Shown one piece after another: positions 7,614 through 15,284 of a stretch of 37,434 bases of DNA. Below the pieces are notes generated by a model. That model saw only the letters and a program-made list of their open reading frames with translations. It ran no database searches and was not told where the DNA came from. The position numbers and the translations under genes are program-made. Within the stretch, counting starts at the first letter, position 1. Every line of letters starts with the position of its first letter. This DNA is from a virus (Duplodnaviria > Caudoviricetes), in IMG/VR virus record IMGVR_UViG_3300037657_000082, positions 1 through 37,434 of that record. The stretch is one strand, 5' to 3'.

Positions 7614-8969
7614 CTAGTAGGCATAGTCGTCGATCAGCTGCCAGGCGCTGTTGTACAGCGTCACAGTATCATGATCGTTGTTCCAGATCGCGCTGCCGCT
7701 GCCCCAGTAAAGATCAGTAGCGGTATTGGTGCCAGAACCGGTGTGAACACGAACGCTAGCGCCGGCCGCCAAAGCAAAACCCGGGAACTGGTAGGTATGG
7801 TCGGCGGCATCGGACACCCACCAGCCAGCCATACTGGCGGAGGCGCCGCCCTGGTTGGTGAAGCAGACATACTCGGCGTTGAGGTTGTCGTTGTCGTTGC
7901 CAGGCGCATCCCACTGGCTGCAGGTCGGGTTCACAATGACGGCCGCCGGGGCAGACTGTGTGGGCGACGAGGTAGGCGTGGGTGTGGCGGTATGGGTTGC
8001 CGTTGGGCTGGGTGTCGCTATAGAGGTGCGCGTCGCTGTTGACGTTGCCGAGATGGTAGCAGTAGGCATGCCCGTGTTCGTCGGGGCGGGAGTGTTCGTG
8101 GGCGTGCTAGTCGCCGTTGGGGTGGCTGTAGGAGGCGCCGATCGTGGCCCCAGGACTATTGGCAAACAGACGGTCGACTGTTGAAGGATGGCCGGCCAGA
8201 CGGCGTAGGTGCGTCCGTCGGTGGTCACTGTGATAGTGCCCAGCTGATCGGTCCGGTAGACTGGAATGGAGCGGCCCGTTAAGCGATCGAGGACGACCTG
8301 CTCGGGGTGGCCGTACTGGTTGTCGGCGCCAACTGAGATGACCGCCAACTCCGGGGCAACCGCGCCCAGGTAGGCGTCACTCGTGGCTGTCTCGGAGCCA
8401 TGGTGTGCGACCTTGAGGACCTGTGCGGGAGCGGCGATGTCCAAGCCGGAGTCACCGGTCAGCAGAAAGCCTACCTCGCCGCACCGAAGCTCCAACACAA
8501 GCGAGGTGTCATTGGGTTCGCTGTACTCGTGGCCAGGAGCCAGCACAGACGCGGTACACTCGCCCCAGTTGAGTGCGTCCCCGGCACGCAAGGTCACTGA
8601 CGCAATATCGCTCGCGTCGATCGCACCCACCAAACTGCGGAATGTCACAGAGTCGTACGCGAAACCGTTGCTGTAGACTATAGCGCACTCGATCGAGCCT
8701 AAGACGTCGAGCAGCCCGCCGATGTGGTCAGCGTGGGCGTGCGTCCAGAGCACGGCATCAAGGGGCGGGATGGTAGATAGGTACGGCGCGAGCGTGCCGC
8801 AGTTCCCGCCATCGATGAGCACGTCTGTATCGGGATCGGAGTGGACCAAGATGGCGTCGCCCTGGCCCACGTCGAGGAAGCGAACCGTGGTATCGGCGAG
8901 TACCGAAGGGGCGGCGAGTAACACAGCGAGGGCCAGGGCAACCAGGGCGTAGGCGGCTTTGCGGTGCAT
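7614..8969 (-). CDS. Secreted ComEC/Rec2-like metallo-beta-lactamase-fold hydrolase with lamin-tail domain
   Basis: Signal peptide; FLDVGQGD, THAHADHIGG, LLTGD, KVAHHGS, NQYGHP, YRTDQLG; PT linker; LTD motifs NAEYV, VHTGSG, IWNNDHD. Confidence 0.88.
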   Translation of the reverse strand: MHRKAAYALVALALAVLLAAPSVLADTTVRFLDVGQGDAILVHSDPDTDVLIDGGNCGTLAPYLSTIPPLDAVLWTHAHADHIGGLLDVLGSIECAIVYSNGFAYDSVTFRSLVGAIDASDIASVTLRAGDALNWGECTASVLAPGHEYSEPNDTSLVLELRCGEVGFLLTGDSGLDIAAPAQVLKVAHHGSETATSDAYLGAVAPELAVISVGADNQYGHPEQVVLDRLTGRSIPVYRTDQLGTITVTTDGRTYAVWPAILQQSTVCLPIVLGPRSAPPTATPTATSTPTNTPAPTNTGMPTATISATSTATRTSIATPSPTATHTATPTPTSSPTQSAPAAVIVNPTCSQWDAPGNDNDNLNAEYVCFTNQGGASASMAGWWVSDAADHTYQFPGFALAAGASVRVHTGSGTNTATDLYWGSGSAIWNNDHDTVTLYNSAWQLIDDYAY

Positions 8970-9061
8970 GGCATCTCCTTTGACGCGGCAGCCGTCGCCG
9001 TACGCCGGCTATCCCAAACGGAGCACGCGCGAGCGCCGATAGTTGCTTCTGCCAGTGTGTG

Positions 9062-9499
9062 CTACTTCATTGGATACAGACTGTGGTTTGGGTCGAGCCA
9101 CACGACATAGAATACCCCGCCCAAAATAAGCCCAAGCACTCTGCCGTGCTCGTGGGCCGTGATGGAGAACTGAAGTGCCGTGCACTCCTGCATCTGCTCG
9201 TTGAGGCACGTGAAGCCATCCGGTCTTGATGTCTCCTCCCACTTGATGGGATGGACCTTCAGCGAGTGGTTGCCGGCGGCGACAAACTCATCAATAGGCA
9301 TGGAGCTAACGTCCTTGAGCCGCCCTAGTAGTTTGCCGAAGTATGGCCCAGCACACTCGCTGACATTGAACGTCGGGTCATCGAGTTGCAGGTGCCGGAA
9401 TGAGAAGGTAATGCATGGGTGGACCGGAAGCAGACTGGGCTGAATGGGCCCAGAGGAGCGTTGCCTATTGGACTGTATTTTTCTGTTTGTCTTTGCCAT
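9062..9499 (-). CDS. Putative toxin of Panacea TA pair (RelE-like fold suspected)
   Basis: FSFRHL...GRVLG...FYVVWLDPNHSLYP; overlaps the antitoxin 3' end by 35 bp. Confidence 0.6.
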   Translation of the reverse strand: MAKTNRKIQSNRQRSSGPIQPSLLPVHPCITFSFRHLQLDDPTFNVSECAGPYFGKLLGRLKDVSSMPIDEFVAAGNHSLKVHPIKWEETSRPDGFTCLNEQMQECTALQFSITAHEHGRVLGLILGGVFYVVWLDPNHSLYPMK

Positions 9500-9947
9500 C
9501 CGCCAGCGCTCTGTAGAAGCTCTTCATCTCGTCCATGTCGATTTCGGCAGTGGACGCCACGTCGGCAGGCAGACCCTTCCTCGCTGCAAGCCAGGGGGTC
9601 TCGGCGTGCACCATCCTCTCCAAGTCATAGGCAGTGAACCCTCCGAACGCTGCCATAATCTCATTCAGGTGCTTCTCAACAGATGCCGGCAAATCTGGTT
9701 TGTGCACGTCCTCTGCGATGGGGTTGTACCTGTAGCACCTGAACCGTTGATACAGCTCGGGTTGCACAGGGCCGTGTACCCACGCCTGGAGGGAATCGGA
9801 GAACAAGGGCTTGCCATGAAGAGCCAAACACCAAGCCTGAGCATAGTAGACGAGCTTCTGTAGCTTCAAGTTGGTGATACAGTCGCCTGTCTCGTGTGCG
9901 AACCACAGTATATAATCGGCCACTTGATCAGCAGTTACACGTCCCAC
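9465..9947 (-). CDS. Panacea (DUF4065/SocA-like) antitoxin
   Basis: Signature ITNLKLQKLVYYAQ, AWVHGPV, H.ETPW; AGGAGG RBS. Confidence 0.9.
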   Translation of the reverse strand: MGRVTADQVADYILWFAHETGDCITNLKLQKLVYYAQAWCLALHGKPLFSDSLQAWVHGPVQPELYQRFRCYRYNPIAEDVHKPDLPASVEKHLNEIMAAFGGFTAYDLERMVHAETPWLAARKGLPADVASTAEIDMDEMKSFYRALADGKDKQKNTVQ

Positions 9948-9984
9948 CTGGACCTCCTCTCAAGCCTGGCTATCCAGCGCGCAT

Positions 9985-10000
9985 GTTCACTGCAGTGAAC
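9985..10000. promoter_or_regulatory. Perfect 16-bp palindrome upstream of Panacea operon (candidate operator)
   Basis: GTTCACTGCAGTGAAC equals its own reverse complement; intergenic. Confidence 0.45.
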
Positions 10001-10018
10001 GATTGCCGGCGCAAGCTA

Positions 10019-10070
10019 TTGACGGGACGAAAGGGTTGGTGCTAGTATGATATAGAACAACCGTGCTATA
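10019..10070 (+). promoter_or_regulatory. Sigma70-type promoter with LexA-like (GAAC-N4-GTTC type) box over the start site
   Basis: TTGACG(10019)-N18-TAGTAT(10043) with extended TG; TATAGAAC-AACC-GTGCTATA at 10051-10070, one mismatch from a perfect palindrome in the arms. Confidence 0.65.
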
Positions 10071-10090
10071 CAACGCAGGAGGCGCAGACC

Positions 10091-10246
10091 GTGATAAGCT
10101 GGTGGCCACGTCGCAGGATCCGGGATGAGGCGCAGCGGAGAGTGCTTCTGCGCTTGGCGGCGATGTTGAGAGCGATTGCGGATGAGATATGCGAGATGTG
10201 TGGCGAAAAGACCGGGAGCCGTGACTCTAGGCGGCTTCGGCCATGA
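10091..10246 (+). CDS. 51-aa basic helical protein, candidate antirepressor (not in ORF track)
   Basis: AGGAGG RBS then GTG; MISWWPRRRIRDEAQRRVLLRLAAMLRAIADEICEMCGEKTGSRDSRRLRP; only plausible + strand gene in the block. Confidence 0.6.
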   Translation: MISWWPRRRIRDEAQRRVLLRLAAMLRAIADEICEMCGEKTGSRDSRRLRP

Positions 10247-11009
10247 TCTCCTCTAGGTACTCAGTAATCTCCGGCCGCGGGCCCAAGCTGGCAAACATCC
10301 TGGTGCTGACATCGGTGAAGCGGGCCAGGTCACGGCGACCTATCTGAGTCTGGTCTTCGAAGATGCCGAGTGACCGGAACGAGAGCCCCCAGCCCTTGTA
10401 CTGGTGGATGGTGATCGTGGCTAATCTGGTGGCCGCGTCGTTGGGGAGTGCAAAGACCATCAGAGGGCGTGGAACCCCGTTGATGCGATAGTCAGCCCGG
10501 TAGTTCGCTTCTGGATCACGGACCGGATCATGCCAGCCAGTAGTCAGCCGAGCGGAGGGGACCGCCTCTGAGAGCAGTTGGCGAAGATCGGCAAGGAACG
10601 TCGATACAACCCGCTCGCGCTGCAGATAGGTGACGTTGTTGATGCGAAGGATAGCCTGGATAAAGCTGTAAAGCGCGTCGGCATAGTGCGCGTCGTCCAC
10701 CGGCATAACCAGCGAGCCATCCTGGTCTGCAACATCGAACGCACTAAGCACAGACTCGATGATTTCGCGGCGGGGGCCATCGGAAAAGTCTTGCTCGTCC
10801 ATCCCGTAAGTAAGGTGCATGAACGTATGGCCCTCGTCACTGAGTACCCACTGGTTCCCCAGTTCCTTGAGGATTATCTTGAGGTGGTCGCCATCATCAA
10901 ACATGAATGGAGTTGAGATGCGATAGCGCCCGCGCCCCTGTGGTCGCAGGCGGAGTTCGGCGCCAACCTTCTCCTCAAACTCTCGCTCGATGGTCTCTGT
11001 GGCGAGCAT
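10227..11009 (-). CDS. DUF1828/DUF1829-type protein
   Basis: ISTPFMFDDGDHL, WVLSDEGHT N-terminal domain; C-terminal restriction-endonuclease-like segment (YRADYRI). Confidence 0.7.
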   Translation of the reverse strand: MLATETIEREFEEKVGAELRLRPQGRGRYRISTPFMFDDGDHLKIILKELGNQWVLSDEGHTFMHLTYGMDEQDFSDGPRREIIESVLSAFDVADQDGSLVMPVDDAHYADALYSFIQAILRINNVTYLQRERVVSTFLADLRQLLSEAVPSARLTTGWHDPVRDPEANYRADYRINGVPRPLMVFALPNDAATRLATITIHQYKGWGLSFRSLGIFEDQTQIGRRDLARFTDVSTRMFASLGPRPEITEYLEEIMAEAA

Positions 11010-11022
11010 ACTGTCACCAGCT

Positions 11023-11493
11023 TTAGCACAGTAACGCTTGATGAATGATTGGCATCACGAAGCCACAGTCGGCAAGCATTCTAGCAAGCGCTGACCTCAG
11101 ATCAAAATGCGCAGTAGTGAGCTCGGCGTACTTGTCTGGCACCGGGCCCAGCGCTTGGTATCGTTCCGTAGCCTTGTGGATGTGGAACCCGTCCAGCTTG
11201 GTGCGCTCGATGGGGTTGGTGTGCTCGTGACTCCCATTGTAGCGCCGAAGCCTGATGCAAACATTTGATCCGGGGACATGGTACATGAGGATCACCGAGA
11301 AGTCAAAGGGATCCTGCACTGCCTGGCGAATGCGGATTTCAAAGTGGTTCCCGCTGGTTCCCGTGATGTGCAGATCACGTTCAGTGTGCCCACGCGCGGG
11401 CTTGGGGGTGAGACGTGCTTCATAGTCATCGGGAAGTGGTTTGGGTTCGTCGATCAGTTCCTGTATCTGAGCGTCGGTAAGTATGGGAGGCAT
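11023..11493 (-). CDS. His-motif partner of DUF1828 (DUF6978-like)
   Basis: LRRYNG.HEHTNP...FHIH motif; directly upstream of the DUF1828 gene and downstream of cI. Confidence 0.6.
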   Translation of the reverse strand: MPPILTDAQIQELIDEPKPLPDDYEARLTPKPARGHTERDLHITGTSGNHFEIRIRQAVQDPFDFSVILMYHVPGSNVCIRLRRYNGSHEHTNPIERTKLDGFHIHKATERYQALGPVPDKYAELTTAHFDLRSALARMLADCGFVMPIIHQALLC

Positions 11494-11514
11494 TCTGCTT
11501 CTTCTGGCCCGCGA

Positions 11515-11850
11515 CTAGCCTTGGTGGTCCTCTGAGTAGGCGCGGACGACGCGCAGCAGGGGACCACGCTCGCGCTCGGGCACGCTGCGATAGAGCGTGA
11601 GCAGCTCGTCCTCTTGCTCGGTGAGGCCGGTGTCGAGGCCGATGAGCCAAGCGACGCTGCGCCCAAGAATGCGCGAGAGCGAGAAGAGCTGGTCGACGGT
11701 AAACGGCTGCACACCCCTGTCATAGTGCCCGTAACCGGCTTTTGACAGCCCCAGCGCCTCAGCCACGTCCGTCTGGCTGAGCCCGAGCTCAGCGCGTCTC
11801 TCGCGAACCCTCTCGGCTACTGCAAGTTCGCGTGCACTCAGGCGGTTCAC
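11515..11850 (-). CDS. XRE-family HTH repressor (CI-like) lacking S24 peptidase domain
   Basis: RERRAELGLSQTDVAEALGLSKAGYGHYDRG; GTG at 11850 after GAGGTG; 111 aa; divergent from cro-like gene. Confidence 0.88.
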   Translation of the reverse strand: MNRLSARELAVAERVRERRAELGLSQTDVAEALGLSKAGYGHYDRGVQPFTVDQLFSLSRILGRSVAWLIGLDTGLTEQEDELLTLYRSVPERERGPLLRVVRAYSEDHQG

Positions 11851-11868
11851 AATTCGCACCTCACTGAA

Positions 11869-11877
11869 AGTATAGCA
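11869..11877 (-). promoter_or_regulatory. Leftward (repressor) promoter, extended -10
   Basis: Minus-strand TGCTATACT about 20 bp upstream of the cI start. Confidence 0.55.
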
Positions 11878-11909
11878 CAAAACATCCTCGGAAAAGCGCC
11901 ACAAGGGTA

Positions 11910-11938
11910 TTGACATGGGGCGCGACTTCTGCTATCAT
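11910..11938 (+). promoter_or_regulatory. Rightward early lytic promoter
   Basis: TTGACA-N17-TATCAT with extended TG; overlapped by imperfect inverted repeat CTATCATCT...GGATAGATAG (candidate operator). Confidence 0.8.
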
Positions 11939-11969
11939 CTAGGTGCGGATAGATAGTCAGGAGGAGCAC

Positions 11970-12251
11970 ATGGATTTCGGAATGCAGATGCGGATTCTAC
12001 GGGCTGTGCGGGGTCTGAACCTGGCCGCTATGCAGTCGGTCACTGGCATCGACGCAGCGCTGCTGAGCGTGTTCGAGCGGGGCATGCGGATGAGCGACAA
12101 GCACCTGGGCGCGATCCTGACGGGGTATGGGTTCCCGCCGGAGGAGCTGCGCGAGCTGGCATTCGGGATTCTGGAGGGCGAGATCGTGACGGTGCAGCAG
12201 GCGATAGAGGCGCTGGCGGCGGTCCAGGAAGGCGCGGAGGTCGCGCAGTGA
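11970..12251 (+). CDS. Cro-like HTH regulator
   Basis: AGGAGG RBS; RILRAVRGLNLAAMQSVTGIDAALLSVFERG; first gene after early promoter. Confidence 0.8.
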   Translation: MDFGMQMRILRAVRGLNLAAMQSVTGIDAALLSVFERGMRMSDKHLGAILTGYGFPPEELRELAFGILEGEIVTVQQAIEALAAVQEGAEVAQ

Positions 12252-12739
12252 CGGAACAAGAGTTCTGGGCGCACGTGACGCGGGGAGCCGGTGGCTGCCT
12301 GGAGTGGCAGGGGACGCGGATGCCGAACGGGTACGGGCAACTGCGGCTGCACGGCAGGGTGACGAAGGCGCACCGCGCGGCGTGGGAGCTGACCTACGGG
12401 CCAGTGCCAGCGAGCAAGATGGTGCTGCACCGCTGCGATAACCGCGCGTGCGTGAACCCAGAGCATCTATTCCTGGGAACGGCGCGCGACAACATGCTGG
12501 ACTGTGTAGCCAAGCGGCGTGGGCGATGGGTGGACGGGGTAGAACGGCGCAAGCGGGAGAGTGCCGCGGTGAAGCCGGCCGTCCACCTTTCGTTTGCTCG
12601 GGCAGAGGAGATCCGCGCGCGCTGCAGGGCCGGCGAGCGGCAGGTGCACGTGGGGCGGGCGTTCGGAGTACACGAGAGCATGGTGAGCCTGATCATGCAC
12701 GGCAAGCGTTGGGCGAGAGAGGCGTGCGCGACCGGCTAG
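12248..12739 (+). CDS. HNH endonuclease (HNH_3 type) with C-terminal HTH
   Basis: CLEWQG, GYG, AHRAAW, VLHRCDNRACVNPEHL, DN motifs. Confidence 0.88.
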   Translation: MTEQEFWAHVTRGAGGCLEWQGTRMPNGYGQLRLHGRVTKAHRAAWELTYGPVPASKMVLHRCDNRACVNPEHLFLGTARDNMLDCVAKRRGRWVDGVERRKRESAAVKPAVHLSFARAEEIRARCRAGERQVHVGRAFGVHESMVSLIMHGKRWAREACATG

Positions 12740-12748
12740 GAGGTACCC

Positions 12749-12898
12749 ATGGCTGACAAGCCGAGCTTTGACGCAAAGGTAGCGGCGTGGCGGGTGATCT
12801 ACCAGATTCTGGCGGAGCACGAGGCAGCGGCGGCCGCGGCGGCTGCGGCACAGCCGGGGGCTGAGCAGGATGCAACGCTCGACGAGGGCAAGCAGTGA
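12749..12898 (+). CDS. 49-aa Ala-rich hypothetical protein (not in ORF track)
   Basis: AGGAGGT RBS, ATG 12749, MADKPSFDAKVAAWRVIYQILAEH..., TGA overlaps next ATG. Confidence 0.7.
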   Translation: MADKPSFDAKVAAWRVIYQILAEHEAAAAAAAAAQPGAEQDATLDEGKQ

Positions 12899-13131
12899 TG
12901 GGCAAGACGCTGGCAGCCTATCGTGCGACGCTGCAGAAGGGCCTCGACCTGGGGCTATCGCCGGCCAAGGACGCCTACACGTGGAACCTGCGCTGCGACA
13001 ATGCGCGGCTGAAGGTGTACCAGGCGGTGTACGGCCGGCATCGCGCCAACACGGTGTACGACCACATCATGCAGATCGCGGGCATTCTGGGCAGAGTCGA
13101 GGCCGAGGTAGTGGCGGAGGTGAACGCATGA
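12898..13131 (+). CDS. Hypothetical protein
   Basis: Start/stop overlaps with neighbours on both sides. Confidence 0.65.
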   Translation: MGKTLAAYRATLQKGLDLGLSPAKDAYTWNLRCDNARLKVYQAVYGRHRANTVYDHIMQIAGILGRVEAEVVAEVNA

Positions 13132-13490
13132 GCAAGAAGGGTAAGTGGAACGCGCACTGCAAAGACTTGTTCGACGAGGTGCGGAAAGTCGGCAGGTACT
13201 CGGTGGAGGTACACGCTTGGGCGTGGGCGAACAACGGCGAGGCGGATGTCCTCTGGACGGCCGTCGGTCTTCTGCGGTGGTGCGTGTATGAGGGTCCGTC
13301 GTTTGTGCCCGGCGCATACAAGGTCGCACAGGGCCTGGTGCCGTTCGACCTTGAGCAGGTGAACGAGGCGACTGTGATCATCGAGGCCGTGCACAAGTTC
13401 GAGGGGCTGGTGGCTGAGTACGAGCAGCTTTTCAGGCTGCTGGCGGGCGCGAGCGAGACGTCCGAAAGCGTGCACGAGGCGACGGCATGA
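13128..13490 (+). CDS. Hypothetical protein
   Basis: GGAGGTG RBS, ATGA overlaps; MSKKGKWNAHCKDLF... Confidence 0.65.
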   Translation: MSKKGKWNAHCKDLFDEVRKVGRYSVEVHAWAWANNGEADVLWTAVGLLRWCVYEGPSFVPGAYKVAQGLVPFDLEQVNEATVIIEAVHKFEGLVAEYEQLFRLLAGASETSESVHEATA

Positions 13491-13840
13491 CAGACACACA
13501 GCGCATCTGTTGGTACTGCGGGCACTGGGTCTGTCCTGACTGGTGCGATCTAGATTCACACGGGGGTGCGTCGGACTGCGCCGGCACGTGTGCGCAGCAC
13601 CCCGGCAGGCACGAGGCCACGGACGTATGTGATGACTGGTGCGACGGAAGCACGGCGACACGGAAGCCGCGGGCAGACACACGGCGCGGCGGGTGCAGAA
13701 ACTATGACCAGTCAAGGCGCGACGGGTGGGCAGCGGCCTCCTGCTTGCTGCTGGTGGTCCTGGTGCTGGCTTGGACGGCGCTGCTGATCAAGTGGCTGTG
13801 GGACGCGATGAACATCGTGGCGCGCGCGCTGGCGAGGTAG
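13487..13840 (+). CDS. Cys-rich protein with C-terminal TM helix
   Basis: CWYCGHW...C...C motifs; hydrophobic C-terminus. Confidence 0.55.
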   Translation: MTDTQRICWYCGHWVCPDWCDLDSHGGASDCAGTCAQHPGRHEATDVCDDWCDGSTATRKPRADTRRGGCRNYDQSRRDGWAAASCLLLVVLVLAWTALLIKWLWDAMNIVARALAR

Positions 13841-13842
13841 CG

Positions 13843-14382
13843 ATGGACGAGCTCGTGCGGGTGCAGGAAGCGGCGGCCTTGCTGGGCGTGCCAGAGGGCA
13901 CACTGCGCGGTGTTCTGCAGCACGGCCGCATCCCGGATGCGCAGAGGGTCATCCACCCCAGGGGCGGGCCGGCGTGCTGGGCGATCCCGAGGGAGACGCT
14001 GGCCGCGATCGCCGCGACGCGAACGCCGTGCGGGTTTTACCACTGGCCGGCGCCGAGGGGCAGTTTGGGCAGGAACACGTTGCGAGCGCCCAGGAACGCG
14101 CCGAGGTGCGACTGCTGCGACATCCTGTTGGAGCGGTCGGGGGATGAACAGCATCCGCACGACGCACCGAACGCGGGTCGCTGCTGGATGTGTCGAGAGG
14201 ACTATGGCATGGGGCCGGTGAGCGAGATCGCGGCCGCGAGGGAGGAGAGCGATGACTGTGACTTTGGCGCCGGGTTGGGGTCTGATTGTGACGATCGCGG
14301 GGCTGTTGGCGGTGGGCTATGCGGCGCTGGTGTGCTGGCTGAATCAGCATCCGAGAGTGGGCCCGTTCTGCAGCGCGCATAG
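13843..14382 (+). CDS. Excisionase/MerR-like HTH protein with Cys pairs
   Basis: GAGGT RBS; VQEAAALLGVPEGTLRGVLQHGRIP; CDCC and CWMC; 3' end overlaps next gene by about 130 bp. Confidence 0.6.
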   Translation: MDELVRVQEAAALLGVPEGTLRGVLQHGRIPDAQRVIHPRGGPACWAIPRETLAAIAATRTPCGFYHWPAPRGSLGRNTLRAPRNAPRCDCCDILLERSGDEQHPHDAPNAGRCWMCREDYGMGPVSEIAAAREESDDCDFGAGLGSDCDDRGAVGGGLCGAGVLAESASESGPVLQRA

Positions 14383-14572
14383 CTGGCTGGAGGTAGTGGT
14401 TGGAAACCTGTTGATCGCTGCGACGGCCTGGGCGATCGCCGGCATGGGCGTGATGCTCGTGGTGGTACTGCTGGACGCGCTGTGGGGCGTTCCGATGGTG
14501 CTGGGGGTGCTGATGAGTGCAGCGCGCCACCAGGTGGAGGCCGACGATGCCGCGATCACACAGGCGAACTGA
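14252..14572 (+). CDS. Membrane protein (about 3 TM)
   Basis: GGAGG RBS; mostly hydrophobic. Confidence 0.65.
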   Translation: MTVTLAPGWGLIVTIAGLLAVGYAALVCWLNQHPRVGPFCSAHSWLEVVVGNLLIAATAWAIAGMGVMLVVVLLDALWGVPMVLGVLMSAARHQVEADDAAITQAN

Positions 14573-14813
14573 CATCGAGAGAGCGCAATTCGAGCTCCCC
14601 GGGTTCACGGCTGGGGCCGTGGGGGTGCTGGTGGACGAGGCCCTGATGCTGTGTGGGCACCAGGTGCAGCGGTACGGCAGGACGCTGCTCATGGAGGGCA
14701 TCGTGGAGCGGTTGCAGCAGGCGCGGGCGCAGGTGGACGAGTGGACACGCACGGCGCAGATGGTGACCAACTATGACTGCGCGAGAGACGCCCTGCAGAG
14801 CAAGGAGGGGTGA
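14547..14813 (+). CDS. Hypothetical protein
   Basis: GGAGG RBS before ATG 14547. Confidence 0.6.
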   Translation: MPRSHRRTDIERAQFELPGFTAGAVGVLVDEALMLCGHQVQRYGRTLLMEGIVERLQQARAQVDEWTRTAQMVTNYDCARDALQSKEG

Positions 14814-14817
14814 GGGG

Positions 14818-15105
14818 ATGACGACAGTCGTGTGCAGCAAGTGCATGGTGGCGCTGCAGCACATTAAGAGCGGTGTCCAGGTCATCGAGACGTTCTGCGC
14901 TCCGCCCAAACCGTACAGGCTCTGGAACGCCGACGAATGGGTGTGCCCGAGCTGCGGGGTCAAGGTGATCACTGGGTTTGGATTGAGTCCGGTCGCAGAG
15001 CACTGGGATGACGGCTTTGCAGAAAAGGTAGCCATCGCTGTGCTTCATCCCAACACGCTGCGCTACTGGTTTGAGGCGCACGAGTGTACAGAGGTGAACC
15101 CATGA
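14818..15105 (+). CDS. Zn-finger hypothetical protein
   Basis: CSKC...CPSC. Confidence 0.65.
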   Translation: MTTVVCSKCMVALQHIKSGVQVIETFCAPPKPYRLWNADEWVCPSCGVKVITGFGLSPVAEHWDDGFAEKVAIAVLHPNTLRYWFEAHECTEVNP

Positions 15106-15209
15106 TCGCACTATTGGCGGCCTCGGGGCTGGACTTGATAGCGTTCATCCTGCTGGCGCTGGTGGTGGGCGCAGGGGTGCTAGGGCGCCTGGAGCGGATG
15201 GGTCGGTAA
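15102..15209 (+). CDS. 35-aa single-TM peptide (not in ORF track)
   Basis: GAGGTG RBS, ATGA overlap; MIALLAASGLDLIAFILLALVVGAGVLGRLERMGR. Confidence 0.55.
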   Translation: MIALLAASGLDLIAFILLALVVGAGVLGRLERMGR

Positions 15210-15210
15210 G

Positions 15211-15251
15211 GGCGCCAGGGTACTGGCGTCAGGCGCGAGAGTACTCGCGTC
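15211..15251 (+). repeat. Two tandem near-identical hairpins (21-bp period)
   Basis: GGCGCCAG-GGTA-CTGGCGTC and GGCGCGAG-AGTA-CTCGCGTC. Confidence 0.7.
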
Positions 15252-15284
15252 AGGCGATCCAAAGAGCAGAGTGAGGAGGAATAC

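Noticed and set aside
7960-8135. Nucleotide repeats in PT-rich segments (also 100-300 and 7200-7330)
   Set aside because: Explained by low-complexity Pro/Thr protein linkers.
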